NCBI GenBank assembly: GCA_035317005.1
Contig: DATHHW010000137.1
Location: 384 to 64,383 of the forward strand
Direction: 5' to 3'
DNA: 64,000 nt
Source: Pyrinomonadaceae bacterium
GTDB lineage: Bacteria; Acidobacteriota; Blastocatellia; Pyrinomonadales; Pyrinomonadaceae
The notes under the pieces are model-generated. The model had not been told where the DNA came from. It did not search any database and saw only the letters and a list, made by a program, of their open reading frames with translations. The position numbers and the translations under genes are program-made. Shown one piece after another: positions 1 to 9,517 of the stretch; position 1 is the first letter of the stretch, and every line of letters begins with the position of its first letter.

Positions 1-1
1 C

Positions 2-763
2 AAGATTCCGATTCCACCCAAAAACATTCAGGAGATCACGGGCGCGTTTGAACGAGCCATTACTCCGCGCACGCGTCTGCTTCAAATCGCGCATCAGATC
101 AACATCACCGGCCAGATCACACCGGTCAAAGCCGTCTGCGAAATGGCCCGGGCCCGCGGTGTCGAAACCATCGTCGACGGCGCGCATTCGTTCGCCCAGT
201 TCTACTTCAAACAGCCGGACCTGAACTGCGACTACTTTGGCACCAGCCTGCACAAATGGCTCTACGCGCCGAAAGGCACCGGTCTGCTTTACATCAAGCG
301 CGACAAGATCGCCAAGGTGTGGCCGCTGTTCGCTGCTGAAGACAAGCAAAAGACGGACATTCGCAAGTTCGAAGAGATCGGCACGCATTCGGCCGCCCCG
401 AAGCTGGCCATCGGCGAAGCGATACTCTTTCACAACGGCATCGGCGGCAAACGCAAAGAAGCGCGCCTGCGTTACCTTTCGCGCTACTGGATGGACAAGC
501 TGAAAGACATTCCCAAAGTCCGCTTTAATACGTCACTGGACCCGCAACAGATGTGCGCCATCGCCAACGTGCAAATCGAAGGGATTGATTCGAGCAAGAT
601 CGGCAGCTACCTGTTCAGCCAACACCGCATCTATACGACGCCGATTATTCATGAGGAGTTTCAGGGCTTACGCATCACGCCAAATCTATACACGACTTTG
701 AAAGAGCTGGATCGCTTCAGCGAAGTAATGACGATGATCGCGCGCAAGGGACTGCCGTCATGA
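2..763 (+). CDS. Aminotransferase class V-fold PLP-dependent enzyme (cysteine desulfurase / isopenicillin-N epimerase-like), 5' end cut by window edge
   Basis: The frame is open from nt 2 (KIPIPPKNIQEITGAF...) into listed ORF 143..763. TSLHKWLYAPKGTG fits the S-x-HK...P-x-G PLP-lysine motif of class V enzymes. Confidence 0.75.
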   Translation, partial: KIPIPPKNIQEITGAFERAITPRTRLLQIAHQINITGQITPVKAVCEMARARGVETIVDGAHSFAQFYFKQPDLNCDYFGTSLHKWLYAPKGTGLLYIKRDKIAKVWPLFAAEDKQKTDIRKFEEIGTHSAAPKLAIGEAILFHNGIGGKRKEARLRYLSRYWMDKLKDIPKVRFNTSLDPQQMCAIANVQIEGIDSSKIGSYLFSQHRIYTTPIIHEEFQGLRITPNLYTTLKELDRFSEVMTMIARKGLPS

Positions 764-771
764 AGAGCTTA

Positions 772-930
772 GTAGTGATCCCGTTTACGTGTTACCGCGC
801 GACGGGGCATTAGCCCGACCGTAAGGGAGGGCTCAGTGGCTGTAACCCGTGAGGAAACTGAGCCCTCCCTCACGGTCGGGCTAGTGCCCCGAGGATCGCC
901 CGCCTCGGCAACACGCAAACGGATCACTAC
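772..930. repeat. Family A long imperfect palindrome (core agcccgaccgtNagggagggc)
   Basis: Outer arms gtagtgatcccgtttacgtgttaccg / cggcaacacgcaaacggatcactac. Inner arms ggggcattagcccgaccgtaagggagggctcag / ctgagccctccctcacggtcgggctagtgcccc. Confidence 0.85.
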
Positions 931-985
931 CCACCGAAAAGAGTTCTTGACTAGCTTTCACGGCGGCCTCCATAATCGAATTCAA

Positions 986-1046
986 ATGGCACAGAGTTTA
1001 GTCTGTGGCTGTTGAGCGCGAAATCACAGACTAACGTCTGTGCCAT
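986..1046. repeat. Family C hairpin pair (core cacagactNaagtctgtgcca)
   Basis: tggcacagagtttagtctgtg and cacagactaacgtctgtgcca lie in inverted orientation. Related units occur at 44946..44966, 46210..46269 and 58091..58110. Confidence 0.8.
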
Positions 1047-1087
1047 ATTCCAGGCAGCAATAATCTGATCGGAGGACACCAAGTCCG

Positions 1088-2734
1088 GTGAGCGAAGAAC
1101 TAGAACATAGCTTGCAGCACGCCATCGAGAGCTATCTCGGCAAGCGTCTGGCCGCAATTGATGAACAGCTTAATCGCCTGCAGAGTGATTTCGACGAGGC
1201 GTTAAAGCGCGTGCGCGAAAGCTCGGCCGGCGAATCCCTGGATGCTTCGCCGCTGTCGGCCGCGATCTTCGCCCATTTGCAGACTGCGCGGACGCAAAAG
1301 CTGAGCGGCGCCACGTCGGATTCGGCTCAAACTTCAGGCGAGATTTCCACGATCAAGCGCGCAGTCGAAGAGATCGAGCGTCGGCAGACGCATGCCGATA
1401 TTCTTGGCTCACTGTTGACCGCCGCCGCCCAGTTTGCTGAGCGGGCCGCGCTCTTTGTCGTCAGAAACGAACAGGCAATAGGCTGGCGCGAATGCGAAGC
1501 CAGCGATCCTTCCAACTTTGAATTGATCGGCGGCGTGTCCTTGCCGCTAAGCGCGGACACACTGATCGGTCGCGCGGCGAGTTCTCTTTCAGCATGGACC
1601 GGCGCTCCGGGATTGAATTCGGAAGACAGACTCTTGATCGATCAATTGGGCGGCGATCCGCAGACGGTTGCGGCAGTGCCCCTGGTCGTGCGTGGAAAAG
1701 TTGTCGCCGTCCTCTACGCCGATTCGGTATCGCGCGATGCGAACGCGGTGAATGTGGACGCGCTGGAACTGCTGGCAAGAGTTGCCGCGATGGCGGTCAA
1801 TCTGGCAGCGGCGCCGCGCCCTGTACCAGAGAAGCAACCTGAACCTGAGGCCGTTGCTCCAGAACCGGAAACCTCTCCGACGCCCGTAGAAACGCAGCCG
1901 GTTGCAACCGAGCCAGCTCGTGAACCCGAGCCGTCTTACACACCACAAATCGAACCGCAAACGACCGAAGTCGTGCCCGAACCGGCGGCCGAAGAAGTTT
2001 TCGCCGAGAGGGAAGCTGAGTTTGTTCCGGAAGGGCTCGCCGAGCCCGCGGTTATCGCCGAGTCCGCCGTTGATGAGGTCCCAATCGCGGCCGAGGCTGA
2101 GATTGTTTACGAAGAAATCGCCGAGCCGGTAGTCGAAGACGTTTCGGTAGAAGCGGAAGCCGAGGCTATCGCAGAAGCGACGCCCGAGCCAGAGCCGGTG
2201 CCCGAAACTGCAGAGTCAACCGCTTTCGGATGGAACGTCCCTCCGCCTGCAACCCAGCAGATTGTAGAGCCACGGATTCCTGAGGCCATCACACACACGG
2301 CTGAGCCAACGACCGAACCAACAACGGAAATGGCGCCGCCGCCGGCTCCGCCCGCGCCCGGCGTTGCTTCGCAATACGCGGCCCCGCTGGGCAGCGCTCG
2401 CCGTTATGGCGTGAGCGAACCGGACTTACCAATCGAGGTCGGCGAAGAAGAACGTCGTCTGCACAACGATGCGCGACGCTTCGCGCGTCTGCTGGTTTCG
2501 GAAATCAAACTTTACAACGAACCAAAGGTAAAGGAAGGCCGCAGCCGCAGCGACATCTACGATCGTTTGAGAGAAGACATCGATCGCTCGCGGCAGATGT
2601 ATGACAAGCGGGTGGCGCCACCGGTCGCCGCGCGTCACGACTACTTTCATCAGGAGTTGGTGAACACTCTGGCCGAAGGCGATCCGGCAAAACTCGGAGC
2701 CAGCTATCCCGGGGCCATCTTGGCCACAAATTGA
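1088..2734 (+). CDS. Hypothetical multidomain protein: coiled-coil plus GAF-like N-terminal half, ~200-aa acidic Pro/Glu/Ala-rich linker, conserved basic C-terminal domain
   Basis: GTG start about 11 nt after GGAGGA. Long PEPEP/EAEAE low-complexity stretch. C-terminal RRLHNDARRFARLLVSEIKLYNEPKV. A terminator follows. Confidence 0.7.
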   Translation: MSEELEHSLQHAIESYLGKRLAAIDEQLNRLQSDFDEALKRVRESSAGESLDASPLSAAIFAHLQTARTQKLSGATSDSAQTSGEISTIKRAVEEIERRQTHADILGSLLTAAAQFAERAALFVVRNEQAIGWRECEASDPSNFELIGGVSLPLSADTLIGRAASSLSAWTGAPGLNSEDRLLIDQLGGDPQTVAAVPLVVRGKVVAVLYADSVSRDANAVNVDALELLARVAAMAVNLAAAPRPVPEKQPEPEAVAPEPETSPTPVETQPVATEPAREPEPSYTPQIEPQTTEVVPEPAAEEVFAEREAEFVPEGLAEPAVIAESAVDEVPIAAEAEIVYEEIAEPVVEDVSVEAEAEAIAEATPEPEPVPETAESTAFGWNVPPPATQQIVEPRIPEAITHTAEPTTEPTTEMAPPPAPPAPGVASQYAAPLGSARRYGVSEPDLPIEVGEEERRLHNDARRFARLLVSEIKLYNEPKVKEGRSRSDIYDRLREDIDRSRQMYDKRVAPPVAARHDYFHQELVNTLAEGDPAKLGASYPGAILATN

Positions 2735-2786
2735 TAGATACAGAACCCGGAGCGGTAGCGACGGGATCCCCCTCCATGCTTAAAGC

Positions 2787-2825
2787 AAAGCGGCCACCCG
2801 AACTGTGGTGGCCGCTTTTGTTTTG
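2787..2825 (+). terminator. Rho-independent terminator
   Basis: gcggccacc-cgaactgt-ggtggccgc followed by ttttgtttt, about 55 nt after the stop of 1088..2734. Confidence 0.75.
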
Positions 2826-2971
2826 GGAAGCCCTGAAGATTTCTGGAATATTATTCGGATTGCCAGTTTCATACCCCTACAAAGTCCAATGTTAGTAGTT
2901 CAGCGTCAGCACTTGCCCCGCTCCTGATCTAGCCTTCAACGCAGGTATGTTTTCAGGCTGAAGGGGAATCC

Positions 2972-3610
2972 ATGAAATCTCGAATAACAACTCTACTTAA
3001 ATCGCTTTCCATCGTTCTGGCACTGGCGGGCGTCCTGGCATTTGCGCAGGGCCAGGCCCGAGCCGACGAAGTCACCGTAAGCGGTTTCACAACCGGGGCC
3101 TCCGAGGGCCCACCCGAGTTGAGTTTCGTCGGCAACAATTTTACCGGCACAACTTTTCTGGGTGTGGGCTCCTTGAGTGGGTCTAATCACTTGGGAACCC
3201 TCTTCCTGAGCACGGGTCCGGGACGCAAGTTCGAATTCGGGGACTTCCGTATGACCGTCACATTCACCAGCCCAACCGGCATTCACGGCAGCACGAAATA
3301 CATCTCGAAAGTCAGTGGTACAGTCTCGCCCGACATTAATCAGGGCGGAGTTACAATTCATTTCTTTAACCAGCCAGATCTCTTTATCTTTGACAATTCG
3401 AGCGGTAGCGGTACCTTTAGCATCCAACTTGCCGACGTGTTCTTACAATCAGGACAATCCGTTAATCTGACTGCTGGATTGACCGGACGAATGACGACTC
3501 AACCGGTCCCGGAACCGGCAACTCTGTTACTGCTCGGCTCGGGATTAACCGGCATCGCCGCACAAGTGCGAAGGGTAAGGAACAAACGGAAGCAGGCTGA
3601 AGCTAGCTGA
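2972..3610 (+). CDS. PEP-CTERM sorting domain-containing secreted protein
   Basis: N-terminal signal peptide (LALAGVLAFAQGQARA). C-terminal VPEPATLLLLGSGLTGIAAQVRRVRNKRK has the PEP motif, a TM helix and a basic tail. Confidence 0.85.
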   Translation: MKSRITTLLKSLSIVLALAGVLAFAQGQARADEVTVSGFTTGASEGPPELSFVGNNFTGTTFLGVGSLSGSNHLGTLFLSTGPGRKFEFGDFRMTVTFTSPTGIHGSTKYISKVSGTVSPDINQGGVTIHFFNQPDLFIFDNSSGSGTFSIQLADVFLQSGQSVNLTAGLTGRMTTQPVPEPATLLLLGSGLTGIAAQVRRVRNKRKQAEAS

Positions 3611-3646
3611 CGGCTTTAGCATTCACCTGCGATGGATTTCGAGGTT

Positions 3647-3676
3647 GGCGGCGAGCGCGTCCGCCGCTTTTTTTTT
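3647..3676 (+). terminator. Rho-independent terminator
   Basis: gcggcg-agcgcgtc-cgccgc stem-loop followed by a run of nine T. Confidence 0.75.
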
Positions 3677-3684
3677 GCGCCCAT

Positions 3685-3713
3685 GAAAAAACGGCCACCG
3701 GAATGGCGGCCGT
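3685..3713 (-). terminator. Rho-independent terminator (minus strand)
   Basis: The reverse complement reads acggccgcc-attcc-ggtggccgt followed by ttttt. It lies downstream of the minus-strand protease gene. Confidence 0.6.
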
Positions 3714-3720
3714 CTTGTCA

Positions 3721-3806
3721 GAACCGCCTGCGGTAGCGGGCGGTTGGACTTTGACATGCTATGTCGCGGTCTCGCGACTTAAACCGCCCGCTACCGCAGG
3801 CGGTTC
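3721..3806. repeat. Family G palindromic element
   Basis: gaaccgcctgcggtagcgggcggtt ... aaccgcccgctaccgcaggcggttc, 25-nt arms around a ~36-nt spacer. A half-like unit lies at about 2745..2775. Confidence 0.85.
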
Positions 3807-3814
3807 TGACGAGG

Positions 3815-5938
3815 CTAAGGCGTTCCGAATCGTTTCCGATATTCGGTGGAAGTAATAAAGGCTTTTACCATGTCGGCCTTCTGCACGCGCACCAGAACGT
3901 CGTCGCCAGGTTGAGTGAAGCTGTTCAGCTTGGTCAACCAGAAGTCATAACCCGTGTAGTCAGTGTCCGGCAAGTCATTCGGATTTCGTCGCAGGTAACC
4001 AAAGAATTGCATCAAGAGAAACGCCTTATTGAATTCGGAGTTGACCAGGGTCTGATGTTCGGCAATTTGGCGCAGGACTTTCGCGCGCGTGGTCTGGCCT
4101 GTCGCAACTTGTAACGCCAACGTCGTTTCTTCAGTAGGCGATAATGGGCTGCCGGCATTTTGGTTCAACGTGTGAACAAAATCTGTTGGCAACATGTTGG
4201 CCGGATACTTAGTAGTAAATCGCGACCGAGTGACAAACTGATCACAGAAAGCCACCTTGTTACTCTCCAGCACGGCCTCCCAACCATTTTGTCCGACAAT
4301 GACCCCGCGCCCAATCTGCTGAGTGTCCGGCAGAAACTCGTTGGCGAAGCGAACGATCGGGACCTTCACTGTGTGAGTGCCACCGAACGTCGACGTGCCG
4401 TCAAAATCGTTGTAGGCGGTCTTGTAAAGACGCTCAACCAGATAGCCTGTCTGCTGAAATTCGATCGAGAGGAAAAAAGCCGCCGAAACGTTTACCCGCT
4501 TATTCTCGATGCAGGCTTGGTTACTCCCGCAGGAAGCAATCTCGTTAGTCCAGAAGGCCAGACCACTTGCGTCCGCGGTGCGATTCAGAAAGTCGAGATA
4601 CTGCTGCTTCACAAAGAAGTCCGGTTGATCGATTGGATTGCCGGCAGGCGCGTTGGTAAGACAACCTGAGTTCGCGTTAACGTAGTTAGTTATTTCATCG
4701 ATCGAGAACTGACAGAACGTCAAATTATTAAACTGGTTCTGCGTCGCCATCATGATGGTATTGTCACAATTGGCCTGACCGTCGCAGTGGCTGGCGCCAA
4801 AATTATGTCCGATCTCGTGAGCGGGAATGCCTACGCGAAACGGAGCGATTGTTTCCAGATCTGACACCCCGTACGCACCGGCTGGATCACGACACACGAC
4901 GCCCCCCCAAGCTATGCCAGAGTATCCGCCAAGGTCTCTGTTGGTCCAAAGATGCGCAACATCTCGCGGCGTGTTCGCAAAATCTCTGTTCCAGACAGTC
5001 GTGAACTCATTCAAGACGTCCCCGGCGTTGCCAGTGGTCGTGTAGGGATCGCTTTTAGGATCGGTCCAGGTGTGCTGAAACACCACGGTGAAGGTAAGAC
5101 CAATATCACGCTGATAAATCGCCTGAATCCCATTCATGACGCTAAGGATGTCATTGTTCGCGTTGGCCGAGCCGCCCAGAGCCGTCGTGTACTCGCCGTC
5201 CGCTTCGGTGGCGATCTCGACTACTTTGAAAGGAGAAAACGCGTTGGGCACAACTGTGCCGGATGCGATCCTGGGCGCGATGTCCTTTGCGCCGCGACTA
5301 ATCTCTTCGTCCAGAGTTCCGCAGGTCCGGGTTACGTCCGGCCGCACATCGGACGCTCTGTAAATCAGATAATCATTTGCTCCCGCGGCTGAAGAGTATT
5401 TGCGCGCGGATTCGACGAAATACGATCCCTGCGGCGTGATGATCATTCCTTCGATGTGTTCACCGTCCAGGGTAAATCGCGCATCCGTTCCAGAGACGCC
5501 TTCGACGCTGCCCTTGTACGTGGTAATTCCCGGCATGGGAACAACGCGCGTCACGCCTCCCTCCACAACTTCTTCGGCGCGATAGTTTGACGCGCGCAAA
5601 TCGTTGGGACTCAGTTGAATCTCAAAGTCATGCGTCGGTGTTACTAAAGACAGCCGGCCCGATTCCCTTACCCTTTCCGCCGCCGCCTGCGCGTCGAGTG
5701 TGACGTCTTCATGCCCGGTCAGGACCTGTTCGATGTCCAATTGGTAGCGAGACTTGGCGGACTGGGCCCCCGCAGGTGACGAATAAAAACCGGGACCTGC
5801 CGATAACGCCACCGCGGCTAAGGTGAACAGGAGGGAAACGTAAATCCTGAAACGAAAGCGACCGCGCAAAACTTCGCGGAGAGCGTGGGATTTCAAGCGT
5901 TGAGTGCTCGATTGATTGGAGGGTAGAACTTCTTTCAT
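3815..5938 (-). CDS. Secreted reprolysin/M12B-like zinc metalloprotease with C-terminal DUF4214-like domain
   Basis: HEIGHNFGASHCDG matches the HExxHxxGxxH zincin motif. Hydrophobic N-terminal signal/anchor. C-terminal FLNRTADASGLAFWTNEI resembles DUF4214. Confidence 0.8.
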   Translation of the reverse strand: MKEVLPSNQSSTQRLKSHALREVLRGRFRFRIYVSLLFTLAAVALSAGPGFYSSPAGAQSAKSRYQLDIEQVLTGHEDVTLDAQAAAERVRESGRLSLVTPTHDFEIQLSPNDLRASNYRAEEVVEGGVTRVVPMPGITTYKGSVEGVSGTDARFTLDGEHIEGMIITPQGSYFVESARKYSSAAGANDYLIYRASDVRPDVTRTCGTLDEEISRGAKDIAPRIASGTVVPNAFSPFKVVEIATEADGEYTTALGGSANANNDILSVMNGIQAIYQRDIGLTFTVVFQHTWTDPKSDPYTTTGNAGDVLNEFTTVWNRDFANTPRDVAHLWTNRDLGGYSGIAWGGVVCRDPAGAYGVSDLETIAPFRVGIPAHEIGHNFGASHCDGQANCDNTIMMATQNQFNNLTFCQFSIDEITNYVNANSGCLTNAPAGNPIDQPDFFVKQQYLDFLNRTADASGLAFWTNEIASCGSNQACIENKRVNVSAAFFLSIEFQQTGYLVERLYKTAYNDFDGTSTFGGTHTVKVPIVRFANEFLPDTQQIGRGVIVGQNGWEAVLESNKVAFCDQFVTRSRFTTKYPANMLPTDFVHTLNQNAGSPLSPTEETTLALQVATGQTTRAKVLRQIAEHQTLVNSEFNKAFLLMQFFGYLRRNPNDLPDTDYTGYDFWLTKLNSFTQPGDDVLVRVQKADMVKAFITSTEYRKRFGTP

Positions 5939-6154
5939 AGTTTGTCTTTCAGTTTCTATCGGGATTCGATTTACGTGGATCGGGGATGGGACCAGACTCT
6001 AAGGAAAGGCCACAACGGGGCAGTAACGATTGTATGGACTGGAACAGTCATCGTCAACCTGATTTTTGAGAGCCGACCGGTGGAGTTGCCAGCCAGCCGA
6101 GTTTGGTAATAAAGTCAGCGACTAATCGAAAAACGAGTTTCTCCGAAAAGCCTA

Positions 6155-7594
6155 ATGAAAATCTCTTTGTCCGAAACTTCACTCCAGGGAATCGCCGAAA
6201 TGCTGCGCGCGTCCAACAACGCGTTCACGGAAGATTATCCAGGCGAAACGGGACGGCGACAGCCGGTGCATACGGTCTATGGCGGCGCGCATTTGTTTCG
6301 CGCGGACACAGCCCAGCGGCTGGGCCAGGTGGCCGAGCGATCGTTCGCTGAAAACGCCTCAGACTTTGTAGTCTTCGCGCGAGCTATCGGCTTCCCGCGG
6401 GCGAGCGAACTACCCGATGTGCTGGGTTACGCGACCGGCCTCAGCCAGCGTCTTAAGGATGAGCCCGATGCGGTGCGTGAAGAGAATAAGGCCGCGTGGC
6501 TGGCGCACACCATTCACGCGCGCGTGCAGGAAAAGCTGAGTCGCGAACCAGTCGAGGATTTCCGGATCGATTTCGAGGACGGTTACGGCAATCGACCCGA
6601 CGCGGAAGAAGACAGCCACGCCGAATCGGCCGCAATGGAAGTTGTCCGCGGGCTCGCGGCCGGAACCTTGCCGCCATTCATTGGCATACGCATCAAGCCC
6701 TTCAACGAAGAGCTGCGCGCCCGGAGCATGCGCACGCTCGACATTTTTGTCTCGACTGTAGTGGCGGAAAGCGGCGGCAGACTGCCGGACAATTTCGTCG
6801 TCACGCTGCCAAAGATTACGACTCCCGAACAGGTGTCAGCGCTGGCTGACGTATTTAATTTGATTGAGAAGAAGACTGGCCTGCCAACCGGGGCGTTGAA
6901 AATGGAGATGATGATCGAGACTACCCAGTCGATCATAAATAGCGAAGGAAGGATCAACCTTCCCCTGCTGTTGAAGGCTGCTCGCGGCCGCTGCACGGCG
7001 GCCCACTTCGGCACGTACGACTACACCGCGAGTTGCAGCATTACAGCCGCGCATCAACACATGATGCATCCGGCGTGTGACTTCGCGAAGCACATGATGC
7101 AGGTTTCGTTTGCCGGCACCGGCATTTGGTTGTCGGATGGCGCGACCAACATTATGCCGGTGGGACCGCATCGGGCGGCTGAAGGCTCGACGCTTACTAC
7201 GGATCAGATTGAAGAGAACCAGGCGGTCATTCATCGCGCCTGGAAACTGCATTACGATCACGTCCAGCATTCACTGGTCGGCGGTTTTTATCAGGGGTGG
7301 GATTTACATCCGGCGCAACTCCCGACACGCTACGCCGCCGTCTATGCTTTCTTTCTCCAAAGTTTGGATGCGGCGTCCGAACGCTTGCGCAACTTTGTTG
7401 AGAAAGCCGCGAAGGCCACGTTGGTCGGTGATGTCTTTGACGACGCAGCCACGGGGCAGGGTCTGCTCAACTATTTCCTGCGCGCGATTAACTGCGGCGC
7501 GATCACCAAAGAAGAAGCATTGCGCCTTTCAGGCTTGACACTGGAAGAATTGCAATCAGGATCGTTCGTCAAGATACTGAAGAGCCGGACCTAA
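6155..7594 (+). CDS. HpcH/HpaI aldolase / citrate-lyase beta (CitE)-like family protein
   Basis: RIDFEDGYG, KMEMMIETTQ and FGTYDYTAS resemble the D-x-E-D, I-E-T and G-x-x-D motifs of the family. The family assignment is by motif only. Confidence 0.5.
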   Translation: MKISLSETSLQGIAEMLRASNNAFTEDYPGETGRRQPVHTVYGGAHLFRADTAQRLGQVAERSFAENASDFVVFARAIGFPRASELPDVLGYATGLSQRLKDEPDAVREENKAAWLAHTIHARVQEKLSREPVEDFRIDFEDGYGNRPDAEEDSHAESAAMEVVRGLAAGTLPPFIGIRIKPFNEELRARSMRTLDIFVSTVVAESGGRLPDNFVVTLPKITTPEQVSALADVFNLIEKKTGLPTGALKMEMMIETTQSIINSEGRINLPLLLKAARGRCTAAHFGTYDYTASCSITAAHQHMMHPACDFAKHMMQVSFAGTGIWLSDGATNIMPVGPHRAAEGSTLTTDQIEENQAVIHRAWKLHYDHVQHSLVGGFYQGWDLHPAQLPTRYAAVYAFFLQSLDAASERLRNFVEKAAKATLVGDVFDDAATGQGLLNYFLRAINCGAITKEEALRLSGLTLEELQSGSFVKILKSRT

Positions 7595-7672
7595 GTGTCA
7601 GAAGCCCGACCGTCAGGGAGGGCATCGTGGCCGTGGAGGCCCTCCCTGACGGTCGGGCTTCTGACACTAAGC
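7591..7672. repeat. Family A palindromic element
   Basis: gtcagaagcccgaccgtcagggagggc ... gccctccctgacggtcgggcttctgac, directly after the stop codon at 7592..7594. Confidence 0.85.
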
Positions 7673-7709
7673 CGGACGGAATATTTGGGAAACACACAGA
7701 AAGATATCG

Positions 7710-9383
7710 ATGATGAAAAATTGGAAGAAGAGCGTTTGTTTCGGCTTGATCCTAACTCTGACGGCGGTTGTTTTCGGCCAGAAAACGCAACGCACACCAG
7801 ACAATAGTTCACTCGCCGCGAAGACTAGTCGCTTTGCGCCGACGTTGTTGACGGGTAACACGTCGAGTCTTTCGCCAAAGGATCGCCAGGCGCTGCTGAA
7901 GATTGTCGCCGCGGCGAAGTATTTCGATCGGCTTTATCTTCGTCAAATTTGGAGCGGCAACGAGCCTTTTTTGAAGAAACTGCAAGCCGAGAAGAGCCCG
8001 CTCGGTCGTCTGCGCCTGCACTATTTCATGATCAATAAAGGTCCCTGGTCGCAGCTCGACGGCAACGAACCGTTCATCGAAGGGGTTCCCCCGCGACCAG
8101 CCCAGGCCAACTTTTATCCGGACGACGTGACTAAGGATGAGTTCAATGCCTGGTTGAATACGTTGTCTCCCGAAGAGAAAGAAAAGGCCACGGGTTACTT
8201 CTACACCATTCGTCGCGATGCGAGCGGCAAACTGAAAACCGTGCCTTACAGCGAAGAGTATCGCGAGTTTCTCGAACCGGCGGCGAAGCTCTTGCGCGAA
8301 GCCGCCACTCTGACAACCAACAAAACTCTGAAAGACTTTCTGAACAAACGCGCGGCCGCGTTTGCGTCGAATGATTATTACGATAGCGATGTGGCGTGGA
8401 TGGATCTGGACGCTCCGATCGATGTCACGATCGGGCCGTACGAGACTTACGAAGATGAGTTGTTTGGCTATAAAGCCGCGTTCGAAGCCTACATTACGCT
8501 GCGAGACCAGGCGGAATCGGCAAAGCTGAAGAAGTTCAGCCAGTACCTGCAGGAAATCGAAAACAATCTGCCAATCGATCCGAAATATCGCAACCCGAAG
8601 CTGGGCTCGGCATCGCCAATTCGGGTAGTCAATGAAGTGTTCAGCTCCGGCGAAGGCAACAGCGGCGTGCAAACGGCGGCGTTCAACTTGCCGAACGACG
8701 AGCGCGTGGTCAAGGAAAAAGGCTCGAAGCGGATCATGTTAAAGAACGTGCAGGACGCAAAGTTCAATAAGACTTTGATTCCGATCTCGCGCGTCGTGCT
8801 CGATCCGGCGCAACAGAAGGACCTCGCCTTCGAAGCGTTCTTTACTCACATCCTGATGCACGAGCTGATGCACGGACTCGGACCGCACAATATTAATGTC
8901 GATGGCAAAGCGACCACCGTGAGGTTGCAGCTAAAGGACCAGTACTCTGCAATTGAAGAAGCTAAGGCCGACATGACCGGCCTCTGGGCGTTGCAGTATC
9001 TGATCGACAAGGGCGTGATAGATCGTGAGATGCAGCGCACGCTGTACACAACCAATCTCGCCAGCATGTTTCGTTCGGTGCGGTTCGGCATCACCGAAGC
9101 GCATGGACGGGGCGTGGCTATGCAGTTCAATTACCTGACTGACGAAGGTGCAATTAAGTTCAACGACAGCAATGGAACATTCAGTGTCGATGAGTCAAAG
9201 ATTAGAGCGGCCGTGGCCCAGCTCACTCATGAACTTCTGACCATCGAAGCCGAGGGTTCTTACGAAAAAGCGAAAGCGCTTTTGGACAAGTACGCATTGA
9301 TTCGACCGCAAATGAAGAGCGCGTTCGATAAACTGAAGGGTGTGCCGGTGGATATCGAACCGATCTTTCCATTGGCGCGGTGA
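7710..9383 (+). CDS. Secreted dipeptidyl-peptidase III-like (M49-related) zinc metallopeptidase
   Basis: Signal peptide MMKNWKKSVCFGLILTLTAVVFGQ. HELMH plus downstream EEAKAD resemble the HExxH / EExxAD variant of the M49 motifs. Confidence 0.55.
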   Translation: MMKNWKKSVCFGLILTLTAVVFGQKTQRTPDNSSLAAKTSRFAPTLLTGNTSSLSPKDRQALLKIVAAAKYFDRLYLRQIWSGNEPFLKKLQAEKSPLGRLRLHYFMINKGPWSQLDGNEPFIEGVPPRPAQANFYPDDVTKDEFNAWLNTLSPEEKEKATGYFYTIRRDASGKLKTVPYSEEYREFLEPAAKLLREAATLTTNKTLKDFLNKRAAAFASNDYYDSDVAWMDLDAPIDVTIGPYETYEDELFGYKAAFEAYITLRDQAESAKLKKFSQYLQEIENNLPIDPKYRNPKLGSASPIRVVNEVFSSGEGNSGVQTAAFNLPNDERVVKEKGSKRIMLKNVQDAKFNKTLIPISRVVLDPAQQKDLAFEAFFTHILMHELMHGLGPHNINVDGKATTVRLQLKDQYSAIEEAKADMTGLWALQYLIDKGVIDREMQRTLYTTNLASMFRSVRFGITEAHGRGVAMQFNYLTDEGAIKFNDSNGTFSVDESKIRAAVAQLTHELLTIEAEGSYEKAKALLDKYALIRPQMKSAFDKLKGVPVDIEPIFPLAR

Positions 9384-9388
9384 GATAC

Positions 9389-9500
9389 GCGGGGCAGTAG
9401 CCCGACCGTTAGGGAGGGCGTGGACTTGCCGTTCGACCTTAACGTCCATGATGAGCCCGACACCTCGACGTCCTCCCTTACGGTCGGGCTACTGCCCCGC
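9389..9500. repeat. Family A palindromic element with 52-bp spacer
   Basis: gcggggcagtagcccgaccgttagggaggg ... tcctcccttacggtcgggctactgccccgc. Confidence 0.85.
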
Positions 9501-9517
9501 TCGCGATTCCTCCGGAT

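Noticed and set aside
1327-2298. Multiple 60-125-aa ORFs on both strands within 1088..2734
   Set aside because: They sit in the GC-rich, low-complexity Pro/Glu/Ala-coding region of a long supported ORF. Their composition is Arg/Ser-rich noise.
7809-8672. 287-aa ORF antisense to the M49-like peptidase gene
   Set aside because: It is Arg/Gln/Phe-rich with no motifs and lies fully inside a gene that has clear metallopeptidase motifs on the other strand. This is a typical shadow ORF of GC-rich coding DNA.
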